Shown: positions 38,501 to 50,557 of the stretch, one piece after another
How positions within the stretch are numbered: position 1 is the stretch's first letter
Layout of the letters: each line of letters starts with the position of its first letter
Assembly (NCBI GenBank): GCA_038087875.1
Contig: JAXLNO010000391.1
Span: 1-52,576 of the forward strand
Source of the DNA: Malacoraja senta
Taxonomy: Eukaryota
Direction: 5' to 3'
Length of the DNA: 52,576 nucleotides
Notes under the pieces: generated by a model
Told to the model about the DNA's origin: nothing
The model's database searches: none
What the model saw: the letters and a program-made list of their open reading frames with translations, nothing else
Made by a program: the position numbers and the translations under genes

Positions 38501-40734
38501 CAAGTCGAAAAACGTCAGAGTAGGAGTGCTGACCAGCTTAGACTTAAAAACATCAAAAGCCTGCTGGTGCTGCGGGAACCAGCCCCAGGCGGTGTCTTTT
38601 CTAGTCAGTTGTCGCAAGGACGAGCTCAGTTCGCTGAGGTTGGGAATAAATTACCCAAGATGCCCAGGAAGCGCTGTAGACTGAGCACGTCGGTGGGGGC
38701 AGGCATCTCAGTGATAGCGGCAGCTTTCAAAGGATCAGGCTTGAGTCCGGCAGGAGTGAAGACATGGCCAACGTAAGTGACCTCGGATACCCGGAATCTG
38801 CACTTCTTGGGGTTGAGTTTGAGGTTTATCTGTCGTGCCCGTTCCAGGACATGCCGTAGGTTCTGGTCGTGCTCCACCACGTCTTTCCCATAGACCAGGA
38901 TGTCATCAACGATGATGGCGCACGGCAGGCCAGCGAACAGCTGTTCCATGGTCCTCGCTGGCAGAGTTGATGCCGAATGGCATTCGCAGGAACTTGAATC
39001 TGCCGAACGGTGTAGAGAACGTGGTCAGATCCGAAGACCCCTTGTCCAGTGGTATCTGCCAAAATGAGCTTTTTGCGTCGAGGACAGAGAAGACGGTGGC
39101 CTGTCCGACCTGGGCTGCAACATCCTCATCTGTCCTCATGGGGTAGTGGGGGCGCCTGATGGCAAGGTTCAAGTCTTTAGGGTAGATACACACACAAATT
39201 TTATTCTTGTCCTTTTTTAACGTGGCAACCATGGTGGACACCCACTCGGTGGACTCACTGACCGCCTCTAGCATCCCCATGGTGACCATGTCGTTCAACA
39301 TGGACTCGACTTTGTCCTTCATGGCATGAGACACTCTGCACGAATTACACGTGACACCTTTGGATCAGTAGCAATTTTGTAGGTAATAGGCAGCTTGCCC
39401 AGTTCATCATTAAACAGGTCTGGGTATTCCTTTACCAGGTCTACCGATATCATCACCTTGTGGACCGTTCTGTCAAACGACACCAGGCCCAGATCCTGGC
39501 ATGCCTGGTTGCCCAACAGAGTCACACAGTCAGAGTTCAAAACATAAAAAGTCAAGGCACTCGTTGTCTTTTTCAGCACACAAGTGAAAGTAGCTTTTCC
39601 CAGCGGTCTCAGCACCTCGCCTCCATAGGTGTGCAGGGTGGAACGGTCTGCAATCATTAGCTCATTATTCCTTATCTTCTTAAAAAGGCTTATTGACATT
39701 ACATTCACTTTTGCCCCAGTGTCGAGCTTAGCGTGGAAGCTGGAATTGTTGACAGTTATCAGAACAGTTAGATCGGGTAGCCAGCCAGGTGCGTGAAGGA
39801 GTGAATGCACACTCGCCTCCCCTTGCGAAATAATTGGATCGTCAGCGTGGGCAGCGTCGAGCAAGGATGGAGAACCATACATGTTACCAGCTTGCATCAG
39901 CATGTTTAGGTTAGGTCTGGAAGCTCGTGGCACCTTCCCATGAGAGCGACAGGCAGCAGAGAAATGGTTTAATTTCTTGCAATAGTTGCAGGCTTTACCG
40001 AAGGCAGGGCATGGCGACTGCCTGTGATGCATGTAGTTACAGTTCGGGCATTTGGGGGTTTCACCGCCAGATGCGGGGCCGGGCCAAGGCACAAATTGAG
40101 TGTTATCAGATCAAGGTCGCGGTCTATTGGACCCAGTCACGTTGATAGATTTAGTGTCCGAATCACGCTGACTGTCTGGCGGGTCAATGGCCTCAGCGAT
40201 TCTGCAGGCGTGCATGGCTTCATTTAAAGTAAGATCGGGTCTGCGGAGGAGCTCTGATCTCAGTTTCTGATCGAGCATCCCTGTCACCAAAATGTCTCGA
40301 GTTAGCTGGTCTGTCATAGCTTTGAACCTGCACCTCTGGGCTAGGTAACGTAAATCGGCGATGAAGCGCTCAACAGGCTCACCGGGCAACTGCTTGCGAG
40401 TAAAGAATCGCGCCCTTTCTAAAATACGATTAGAGGGCAGGTCACAAATCTCCCCGAACTTGCGTAGCAGGACATGCGGGTCTTCCGCAGTTTCCATGGG
40501 TACCAGTACCTGATTGTTGGCACCCAGGACCGCTGGGGCATAATTGAAGGTCCTGGCTCTTCTCATGGTGTCGGGGCCGGCAAGGTTGAGAAGAAGCGAG
40601 GCTTTGACATCATCGGGCTCGTTCCGATGAGCAATAGTCATGTAGTGGCGGTAGTCCAGTTCGAAAGTAGCCCAGCGCTCCGCGATGTCCGAATCGAAGA
40701 CGAGCTGAGCAGGCTTTCGGCAAGAGGAAGCCAT
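35579..40734 (-). pseudogene. pol: Gypsy C gag-pol, frameshifted and interrupted
   Basis: MASSCRKP, CNYCKKLNHFSAAC, LDTGAKVN, IIVDDILVYG, HSGHPG, TDNGRQF, SPEYPQSNGLAER; 544-aa RH/IN ORF still open. Confidence 0.93.
37315..38357 (-). mobile_element. Non-autonomous TIR DNA transposon with 7-bp TSD, copy 2
   Basis: Reverse complement of 1463-2503; TSD ATCTGTG at 37308-37314 and 38358-38364; splits RNase H motif YAQI/EKELL. Confidence 0.93.
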
Positions 40735-41022
40735 TGTCAAAATGAAAATAAAAACTTAGCAAAAGAAATAAAAACCGATAAACAGGAGACGCGAGTAGTC
40801 ACTGTCTGACACCATGTAAATAGTCATTACACACGTGTGACATTATAATAGTCTTTAATAAGTATACAGAGTTAAACAATACATGAGTAGTCACTGACTC
40901 CAGTCTGCTACTGTACTGCGCAGAAGGAGAAGCAGGCGTTATTATAAATGATACTTAAGGCGGGGTTAGTAGTGGTGAGGTAGCTATGTGATTGGTTGCA
41001 TGCATAAACCATCTACAGTGAT

Positions 41023-42300
41023 GAACTGGTGGTACAGGATGGTGTTGTGGTTATGGGTCACAAGGTGGTGATACCCTCATCATTGCGAGATGAATACTTC
41101 AAAGAGGCACACAGCGGTCACCCAGGGGGCTGATTCTACACTGGCACGCGCTCGTGGTCTGTTCTACTGGCCGGGGATGGCCGAGTACATTCGGGACCGC
41201 ATAGCCTCCTGCCCCACTTGCAAAAACCTTGCACCTCATCAGCAGCGGCAGCCCCTTCTGCAACAACCACCACCAGCACTGCCCTGGACATCGCTGGCGG
41301 CAGATATTTTCGAATGGTGCTGAAAGCACTATCTCGTTCTGGTCGACTCATTTTCTAATTGGTTTGAACTTGACGAACTGACCCCCCTCACATCTGAGAT
41401 GGTCATCAAGAAGCTGAAGAGACACTTCTCCGCCTATGGCATTCCTGTTTGCCTGAGAATCGACTACAGTCGGCATTTCACCAGCCACATGTTCCAGCTT
41501 TTCGCAGACCGATGGAACTTCCAGCACGTCACGAGCAGTCCCGAATATCCACAGAGTAATGGACTCGCTGAACTCGCTGTCAGAAGTGCCAAGCACTTGC
41601 TGGAGGGAGCACGCATCTCCAAGTCGGACGTCTATCTCGATCTCCTGAATCTTAGAAACATTGCCAGGGACGGTACCCTGGGATCGTCGGCACAGCGCCT
41701 GATGTCAAGATTGACGAGGTCTCCGGTCCCCACCGCACAACAGCAGCTGGTTCCTCGTGCGTTGGAGTCTGCCACTATCCAGAAACGTCTTCAAGAGAGG
41801 CAGAGCATCCGATAACGATCATACGACAGTTCCAGCAGACCACTCAAGCCTCTACTGCCGGGCTAGGTCGTCCGTCTACGAACTTCGACTGGACATTCCC
41901 GTCTGGGCACTGTTGTCAGCCCGACTAACAAGCCACGATCCTACATGGTGGACTGTGAGGGAGCGGTTTACCGGAGAAGTCGACAACACCTGCTTGCTGT
42001 GAGGGAGCCCCGCCCACCGCCTGCTGGTCCCTATGCTCCGCCGCTCCAGTTCCAGATGCCTCTGCGATGTCTCACACCCGTCCCCGCATGCCTTACACCC
42101 CTCCTCGTCCCTCGGTCTCCACTAACCACGGGGTCTCACCTACCGCATGTCTTCCTTTTATGTCCCCACAAACCTCTCCCGCGCCATTCTCACCTCCTGG
42201 ATCTCCGTCCCATCTTTCGGGAGAGGGAGGGGAGGGTTGGGTCCGCACGCGCCCGGGACGCGTTAGCAGACCACCAGACAGATATGGCGAGTATGTTTAA
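41023..42300 (+). pseudogene. pol: Gypsy B integrase remnant
   Basis: HSGHP...CPTC, SSPEYPQSNGLAE, YRRSRQHLL; continues YFLVRD/ELVV across Gypsy C. Confidence 0.9.
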
Positions 42301-43010
42301 CTCCATAGCATGGGTGCCCTTTCCACACTTAATCCCAAGGGGGAAGGATGTAGATTGAGTGCATGTGAACCAATCACACACAAGGCAGCACCACTAACTC
42401 CACCCCTTCACAACACCCATACTAACACTCTTACTAACGCCCCATCCCGGCACTTGGGTTCGAGCAGCTAGGGTGTACTGACGACCAGTTATCCTAGTGC
42501 TGCTAAGTGATTATTAAAGATGTGTTTAAACCACGCAATGACTTTGGCTCTTGTTTACACAAACCAAAGGCAACACAGCTTTAGCATTTCCAAACCAAAG
42601 GCAACACAGCTTTAGCATTTCCAAACCAAAGGCAACACAGCTTTAGCATTTCCAAACTATATTTTCAAACCACATTAAGGTCAGTAAAACCACTCATAAT
42701 TTAGTAGACATGTGTTCAGTGTTATTCACAGCTCAGACTGAGAGACGTGACCCTCTCTTGCTCCCCCATCTTGCAGAGACGGACTGAGGCACTCAACATT
42801 TCCGGGTTTTATAGTCCCTCCGGAAGGGGCGTGGAGAATCTCAATTTTTTAAAAACATTAATAACTCTTTTATTTTTCACCGATGGGAATAATCCTCTTG
42901 TCCTGCGCAGCGGAGGGGGACTCTGAGTAAGATGGCCAGAAATCACAGCTGTAAGTGGCAGCGTTTTTTCTAAAATCAATATACAGAACAACAGGAAGTG
43001 GTCAAGATCA

Positions 43011-43140
43011 GACCCTTCAAGGGTCTAGACCCGAAACATCACCCATTCCTTCGCTCCAAAGATGCTGCCTGTCCCACTGAGTTACTCCAGCTTTTTGTGT
43101 CTATCTTCGGTTTAAACTCCAGCTTTTTGCATCTATCTTC
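43011..43140 (+). mobile_element. Penelope-like pLTR remnant
   Basis: AAGGGTCTAGACCCGAAACATCACC...GCTGCCTGTCCCACTGAGTTACTCCAGC. Confidence 0.65.
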
Positions 43141-43421
43141 TGATTACTGTGAGGAGGTTAGAAGGAAACAGTTTTGTTCCCCAAGACAGCTTTTTCCAAA
43201 CAAGCTTTATTTTCTGCTTATCAATTTCTTACGTGATTCTTACGTGATTTTCCAATTCTTAATCAAAATTGGATTATAACCGATTCACCCCACATGTTAT
43301 AAATAGTATTCCCTAAATCAATTATCATGTTATATCCAAATCACATTATGGAAACTTCACTCTCAGCATTCTCACCCAATAGAAATAATATGATTAGGGG
43401 TAAGAGCCAAGGATAGATGAT

Positions 43422-43577
43422 AGAAACAAGGAACTGCAGGTGCTTGTTAATACACAAAAGGACACAAAGTCCTGAAGTTACTCAGCAGGTCAGGCCGTAT
43501 CACTGGAGTACAAGGATAGGTGACATTTCGCGTTGAGACCCTTCTTCGGACCCTGAGTTACTCCAGCACTGTGTCCT
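43422..43577. mobile_element. Penelope-like inverted remnant
   Basis: GGAACTGCAG...ACTCAGCAGGTCAGG...GAGACCCTTCTTC then inverted CTGAGTTACTCCAGCACTGTGTCC. Confidence 0.6.
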
Positions 43578-44309
43578 ATGAATGGAGGGTTTATTGCTAT
43601 GTTTCCTGTGCTGCTTAGAAAGGAGAAATTGCTATCCAAAAAATGATGAAACATTACTTTTAAATTAACCAAAAATATGTAAATAAATAATCAATATTTG
43701 TGTTAGGTTCGACTAAGAATACAAATACTCAATCTACCTGAAAGAGCTACATTAGGCAAGGCATTTCAGCTCTAATTCGGATCAAATATCTGATGGAGAG
43801 CAAATGTTTCATGATTTGTTATGGAATATAATCATTGGGGCTTCTTCATCAACATCTAACATTTTCCTTGTACCCCAATGCCCTGAAAACTGATGTTCGC
43901 TTTATGGAGCAAGTTAATATAGTTTGAGATTTCTTTAGATGTCTTCAAACTATTAGCCACTTTTATCAAACATAAAGATTGTTGGGAACATCTGAAGGAT
44001 TAAGGACAATTATTGACTTGTTCGTATTGCCTTAGAAAATTGAGCCTGAAACGTGATGAATGTCACAATTACTTCTTGCCAGATAATGTTTTGGAAATAT
44101 GCGGCGATCTTTCTATAACTTGCATTAAAAACCCATTTCTCCCAGGATCATGGTACCTTTATTCAGAATGTAATTTGTACGTGGAGTGTACAAGAGCAGG
44201 GCAAGTTAGCCTACAAAGTGGAAGTATTTTTTCAACACAATTTCTTTGAAAACAATAGAAATGCCAAGCAAAGCAAGGACGATTAGATCTCGTCAGAAAG
44301 TGACAATCT

Positions 44310-45943
44310 CAAGGTTTCCAGGTCAAGGTTTCAAGGTCACTTTATTGTCACATGTACCAAGGTACAAGATACAAGATACAAGATACATTTATTTGTCACA
44401 TGTGCCAGATTACACAGTGAAATGTGTGGTCACCATACAGCCATACAATAAAATAAAGAACACAACACACGATAGAGTTCAACATAAAACATCCCCACAC
44501 AGCAGAATCAAAGTTCCCCACTGTGAGGGAAGGCACCAAAGTCAGTCATCTTCCTCTGATGTTCACCCATGGTTGCGGCCTCCGGAGCCCTCCGCAGTCG
44601 CCGCTACGGGCGGCCCGCCGCTCAGGCCCGCTCGCCGGGATGTTGGAACTCCGACTTCGGAATGGGAGGACAATCTCAGCGGCTTGGACCTCCAAAACGG
44701 CCGCCGCTTCCCACCAGAGTCTGCGGCTCCCGACGTCCCCAGGCCGCGCCGGGCGGAGATTCACGCTGGCGGCCCTCAGCAAAGGGCCCCAGGGACTCCG
44801 CCATGTCGGTCAACGGCGCCTGCGCTGGGAACTCCACGAACCACAGCTTTGTGATGTCGATGCTGCAGGCCCAATGCTCCGGAGCTTCAAACGGCGATCC
44901 AGGTAGGTATCGCCCGCTCCGTGGTGAATCCAGCGGCGCGCCGCCGAATCTTTGTTGCAGTCCCCAGTCTCCGATAGGAAAGGCCGCTCAGATCCAATGC
45001 TAGGCCGCAAGGAGGGGGGCGAGGAAGCGACTTGGAGAAATAGTCGCATCCCCGCAAGGAAGCGACTGGGAAATGGTTCCCCCCCCATACCCTCCCCCCT
45101 CCCCCACATAGAAAAACTAAAATATCCCCAAAACAAACTGGTTAGACAAACTAAAATTTAAAAAAGATGGAAAAAACCGGACAGATTGTTGGCAGAGGCG
45201 CCTTCAATGCGACGCCCCTAGCAGTTAAGGTACAGTGAATATGAAATTTGAGTTACCATACAGCCAGACTAAGTGAAAAGCAATAAGATACACAGCCACG
45301 TCAAATAAAAATTAACATAAACATCCACCACAGCGGCTCCCCACATTCCTCACTGTGATTGAAGGTAATAAAGTCCAATCTTCTCCCTCTTTATTCTCCC
45401 GCGGTCGGAGCTGTCGAACCATCTGCTGTCGGGGCGATCGAAGCTCCCGCAGCCGGCAATCCAGAATCCTCGCGTTGAGGTGATCGAAACTCCCGCATCG
45501 GGATGGTTGAAACTCTCCGCGGCTTGCAATTCCCGAATCAGTCTCTAACCAGGGACCACGGGCTCCACGACGTTAAAGTCCAAAGGCCCGCGGTTGGAGC
45601 TCTCCACAGTCAATCCCCAGCAAAGGGATCACAAGCTCCATGATAGTAAGTCCGCGCCGCGCCCGTGGTTGAAGCGCCGGGTCGGTCTCCAGGAAAGGCC
45701 ATGCCTCTCCACGCTATTAGGCCGCAGTGGGGACGGAGATACGATACGGAAAATAATTTGCTTTTCCGTCGAGGTAAGAGATTGAAAAAAGTTTCCCCCA
45801 GCCCCCTCCCCCCCCCACCCCCCACATAAAACAAACCGAAACACTAAAACATACTCTATAATACGTACTTAAAGTAACAAAACAGAAGAAAGGACAGACA
45901 GACTGTAGGCGAGGCAGCCATTGCTGGCGCCACCCGCTGGTCC
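44310..45943 (-). mobile_element. GC-rich Rex1-tailed retroelement, outer copy
   Basis: CAAGGT-repeat tail and CTTTATTGTCAC at left; body at 45227-45943. Confidence 0.65.
44367..45226 (-). mobile_element. GC-rich Rex1-tailed retroelement, inner copy
   Basis: (AAGATAC)n tail; 8-bp direct repeat AAGGTACA at 44359-44366 and 45227-45234. Confidence 0.7.
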
Positions 45944-46209
45944 CACCAATGCCAATCCCTTCATTTCTGCTCTATTCTGGCAAATTAACGTATCCCATAA
46001 TGAACAGAACAGGAAAGTAACGCAAATGCTCAAAGTTATAGCGAAGATCTTATTACTGGTCATGATACATGGTGCTGCAAGATACACTTAGAAATTAGAC
46101 TGATCGCTGCAAAATTCATCTTGCTCTTTAATGTTTGGTTTTCTAGCCTTCATTTAGCATCCTTTTCATTGATGTGCCTGGAATTTCTTTGGCATGTGCA
46201 GACATACAA

Positions 46210-46535
46210 ATCCAAGTAAAGAACAACCGCTCACTCTCCGTTATCTATCCTGCTATTTACTTCCTCAGAGAATTCCAACAGGTTTGCCAGGCAAGATTTC
46301 CCCTTCACAAAACCTTGCTGACTTTGGGCTATTTTATCATGAGCTTCTATGTACCTGGAAACCTCATCCTTGATGTTGGACTTTTAAAATTTGACCAATG
46401 AAGTCAGGCTAACCGGCCTTTCGTTACCCCTCGCTCCCTTCTTGAACAGTGGAAGAACATTTGCAATTTTTCAGTCCTCCGGGACCACTCCTGACTATTC
46501 CTGACTCTAGTGATTCTTGAAAGATTAGTGACTAA
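46210..46535 (-). mobile_element. Old CR1 internal fragment
   Basis: CTTCCTCAGAGAATTCCAACAGGTTTGCCAGGCAAGATTTCCC resembles CR1 ORF2 antisense. Confidence 0.55.
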
Positions 46536-46931
46536 TGCCTTTGGTTTCACTACTTGGATCACTGCTAATGAGTTTGGTCTGATCAAAAACAAAACAGTGG
46601 TGCCACACTCACTAAGGAATGGCCCTGGAGTGAGAGTCTAGATTTTTTGTGCTCAAATCTTTGGAGTGTGAATTAAACTCACAGACACTGACTAGATGTT
46701 ACCAAAAGAGTCCCAGAGGATACATAATGCAGGCCTTAAAGTTAAGGTATTCTGCTTCTTACATGTCTGGTACTCCTGAATACATGCAGCATATGATAGG
46801 ATTGGCAGCAGACCCAATGACATATTTTACAGACACATCTACAGAAGATATACTAACATTAATCTGAGAAATAATCTTCAAAGTTTGCAAAGAGATCCCG
46901 ACAAAGTGAGAACATTCATGATCAATAGCAG

Positions 46932-47280
46932 CTTTAGTTTAGTTTAGTTTAGCTTAGATTAGTTTAGTTTAGTTTAGTTTAGAGAAACAGCATGGAAACT
47001 GCCTCTTCGGCCCACCGACCACGCCGACCAACGATCCCCATACACTAGCACTATCCTGTACACCATGGACAATTTACAATCTTTACCGAAGCCAATTAAC
47101 CTACAAACCTGTACATCTTGGAGCATGGGAGGAATCCGGAATTCCCGGAGAAAACCCATGCGGTCATGGGGAGAACATATAAACTCCACATAGACACACA
47201 CAAACTCCACATAGACAGGACAAAACCCAGGTGTCTGGTGCTATAAGGCAGCAACTCTACAACTGCGCCACCAGGCACCC
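46932..47280 (-). mobile_element. HE1/V-SINE-like SINE
   Basis: (TTTAG)n tail at left; tRNA-like head GGTGGCGCAGTTGTAGAGTTGCTGCCT on the minus strand. Confidence 0.85.
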
Positions 47281-47573
47281 TTTAAGATATGGACTTTTTT
47301 TCCCCTGACACTCCTCCATTTTTCTTGCATACTGCTTCCATAACAGGAATGAGAAATGATAAGGCATTCCTCAATGTTCAATTTTTTCTTCTTGGAATGT
47401 AAGTGAACCATAAAAAAGACATATATGATCTTTGAAAATTTACTGTTAATATTACAATGTGTAAGTCAGTACAGGATCATTAGCTTTTATGTTCTGCAAT
47501 TTGTTCTCATAAATGCAACCTTACACGTGACAGGTTTAATCTTAGAAGTGATCAGATTGAGATATATATGTAA

Positions 47574-48155
47574 CTAGACCAAGTGCAGACCCATTGGGTT
47601 TGCTCCCTCAACGCACTCATCCCCAACCGTAGCCCCCACGGGAGACGTGGTCCTCCAAATCAACCCATTGCCGAAGGTAAGATTCGAGCACTCCTCAGCA
47701 AAGATCACAGCTCGTGAGCCTCCCCCAGGACTGGAGTTGAAAAAAATCCCAATAGCTTCTTCCCAATTGCAATACCAATTAACCCTCCCCCTCGTGTCCT
47801 GCCAGGAGCTATGATGGCAACATTGTTGCAAATGTGCACTTGCTGTGAAATGCCATTGAGCTGAAAAGTTCATTGTTGCTGCCAGTGTTCCTGTATTACA
47901 ACATTGTATCGAAGTGTGTTGGAAACTGTGAAGAATGATTTTAACAGGAAAAAAACATTTTAAATTCAAAGTATTTTTAACATTTTCAGTAATAAGTCGA
48001 GAATTTTCAGACGTAGATTTTGGAATCCAGGGGGAATATCTCTACCGGAATATGTAAATTTTTTATCGTTACCTTGTAGATTTTTTGCAAAGATGTGATA
48101 ACACACGAACAAATAAACACACAAATCCACATACAAGATCAGACTTTTAATAGTT
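47574..48155 (-). mobile_element. Non-autonomous Helitron-like element
   Basis: Minus-strand 3' end: hairpin GCAAACCC-AAT-GGGTCTGC then ACTTGGTCTAG|T. Confidence 0.7.
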
Positions 48156-48339
48156 ACTAGACCAAGTGGGACCCATTGGGTCCCTGTCACATGGGAGGCC
48201 TGGTCCCCCAACACAACCTGTTCTCCAACACAATATTTGACCACTCACCCATAGCCCCCACGGGAGGCCTGGTCCCCCAACGCAACCCGTTCCCCAAGGC
48301 AATATTCCACCACTCACCCATTTCTCCAACACAACCCAT

Positions 48340-49320
48340 CCGGAAGTGGTGGCGCGGCATTGGCTGCAGCGGCTCATCGGCAGTCCTGTTTGTTTGTGTT
48401 TTTTGTGTTGTTTATTTCGTTTTGGTTAGTCTAGTTTTGGGGTTTTAGTTTGTGTTTTGGGGGGGTGGGGGGTTGTAACGGGGTTTGCAGTCTCTCCCTG
48501 CGGGGGAATGCGACTTTTTGTCGTATTCCCCTTCTCTGCCTCCGTCTGCGCTGAGGCCTAATGGAGGTGGCGACCTCGAGGCTCCGGAGGCAGAGCCCAT
48601 CAGGACTCGCCCTAAGCTCGCTCCCGTGAGGGTGGTCCGGCTCAGGGCTGGAACAGTGCTCCCATGAGCGCCCAAGTCAGGGCGGCCCGGCCCGAGGGAG
48701 ACGCGATGCCCAAGTCGGGGCAGCCCGGCCCGAGGGAGGTTCGGCGCCCAAGTCGGGGCGGTCCGGCCCGGGGAAGAAGCGACACCCATGTCGGGGCAGC
48801 CCGGCCAGAGGGAGAAGCGACGCCCATGTCGGAGCGGCCCGGCCCGGGGAAGAAGCGACGCCCAAGTCGGGGCGGCCCGGCCCGGGGGAGAAGCGACGCC
48901 CATGTTGGAGCAGCCCGGCCTGGGGAAGAAGCGACGCCCATGTCGGGGCGGCCCAGCCCGAGGCTGAAGACGGCACGGTACTCACGTGAGAGTGGCTGGG
49001 ACGGTGTTCTGGCGGTGGTGGCCTGAGTCTGAGGTTTGGCCGCGGGCCAGCGGCTGCGTCTGCAGGACTGGTGGGCAGCAGCTTCGACCACCCCGGGCCG
49101 TGGGAAACATCGCCCGGGGGGTATCGCCTCAGCGCAGAGGGAGAAGAGGAGGGAAGAGACTGCAGACCTAAGACTTTTGCCTCCATCACAGTGAGGAGAT
49201 GTTGGGTGGACTCACTGTGGTGGATGTTAATATGTGTTATTGTTGTTTTATGTATGACTGTTGCAATTTCGTTCAGACTTCGGACTGAATGACAATAAAG
49301 GGCTATCTAATCTAATCTAA
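48340..49320 (+). mobile_element. GC-rich Rex1-tailed retroelement with internal ~36-bp minisatellite
   Basis: GGTGGCGC head, GT-rich block, G tract, about 8 CGACGCCCAAGTCGGGGCGGCCCGGCCCG units (48668-48960), GACAATAAAG and (CTAAT)n tail. Confidence 0.75.
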
Positions 49321-49426
49321 TTACCCCAACACAATATTCCACCAATTACCCATAGCCCATAACTGCGCATGGGCTGCTGATTTCGCCTTATTCACCCTCC
49401 CTCATTTTTAAACTTTAAAAAAAATG

Positions 49427-49730
49427 CAAGTCAAGCCAAGTCAAGTCAACTTTATTTGTCACATACACATACAAGATGTGCAGTGAAATGAAAGTGGCAA
49501 TGCCTGCGGGTTGTGCAAAACAACAGAATAGAACCAGTAATTACATTTTAGTAAATTAAAAAGACACAACACAACAGGAAATTAGTACCTGGTGAGATTA
49601 GAGTTTACAGTCCTAATGGCCTGGGGGAAGAAACTCTGTCTCATCCTCTCTGTTTTCGGAGTGTGACAACGGAGGTGCTTGCCTGACAATAGCAGCTGGA
49701 ACACTCCATTGCTGGGGTGGTAGGGGTCCT
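49427..49730 (-). mobile_element. Rex1/Babar extreme 3' fragment
   Basis: (CAAGT)n tail, TTTATTTGTCAC, antisense SFFPQAIR-type end. Confidence 0.7.
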
Positions 49731-50044
49731 GCCAAGATACATTTGCACTTGCTAGCAAGCAGAACTCAGTGTACTGTGATTTAAAAAATGCAATTGCACT
49801 TGCTAGGACTCAGTGTACTTAGATAGCAACAATGTTGCGAGCAGGGCTACAATCAGGGAATGAAGGCTCTGTCTTACGGTGTTGAAGCGCGGACCGCACG
49901 GCAACGGCGAGAGCGCCGAGCCTATGTCACGGGAGCGCCGCACGGATGCTGCACGGGGGCTGAGTGATTTAAATACGGCTGGTCCCACGTGCTTGCGGTA
50001 AGTTAAAAAAAGGGCGGGCCAACTGCGATGACGTCATTTTGGAT

Positions 50045-50320
50045 CTGCGGGGCTGTGGCGGCGGCCGTCCTGATCGCGGCGCTGTAGCGGTGGCTGTGGC
50101 GGCAGCCGTGCCGCACACGTGACTCACTAGCGGCGGCTGTGGCGGCGGCCGTCCTGATCGTGGCGCTGTAGCGGTGGCTGTGGCGGCGGCCGTGCCGCAC
50201 ACGTGCCTCACTGGCGGAGGCTGTGGCGCTGCAAGTTCGACGCACGGCGCTCGAGCCACACTGGCGGCGGCTGTGGCGGCGGCCGTGCCGCACTCGTGCC
50301 TCACTGGCGGAGGCTGTGCG
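50045..50320. repeat. GC-rich imperfect tandem repeat (~84-bp period)
   Basis: Repeated GGCTGTGGCGGCGGCCGT...GCCGCACACGTG units. Confidence 0.8.
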
Positions 50321-50557
50321 GCAGGGACATATTTTTGAACAGTGTTGATTTTATTTTAGCACCGTGCGGTGTTGGGAACAACGCCGCATGGCGTCGGAAT
50401 TGTGCGTTTGACCGAGTGTGCGGTCTATGGCGGCCCAGGAGCAGTAGATTCTTCCCATTTCGCCGCCAATGACCGCAGACTCGTGAGACAGGCCTTTAAG
50501 CAAAAGACAGTATTTTTATATCAAAGTTTTGTCAGATATTTGAACATTTTCATTAAT

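Larger units (their letters stand above)
35301..41017 (-). mobile_element. Gypsy LTR retrotransposon C, nested antisense in B
   Basis: 203-bp LTRs at 35301-35503 and 40815-41017 (2 mismatches); TSD GTGAT; PBS TGGTGTCAGA; PPT. Confidence 0.96.
31763..42559 (+). mobile_element. Gypsy LTR retrotransposon B
   Basis: 211-bp LTRs at 31763-31973 and 42349-42559 (7 mismatches); TSD CAAAC; PBS TGGCGTCAGAAGTGGGAT (tRNA-Leu-like); PPT AAGGGGGAAGGA. Confidence 0.96.
30840..43010 (-). mobile_element. Probable non-autonomous Helitron-like composite hosting Gypsy B
   Basis: About 290-bp block at 31113-31400 repeated at 42748-43010, ending ...GGAAGTGGTCAAGAT...CTTTTAATTATATAAG (Helitron-like 5' end); internal minisatellites; 3' end not located. 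Confidence 0.45.

Noticed and set aside
48445..49189. Overlapping Pro/Arg/Gly-rich ORFs (also 30080-30800, 44246-45161 and 49969-50472)
   Set aside because: Open in several frames because the GC-rich repeats lack stop codons; no domain motifs
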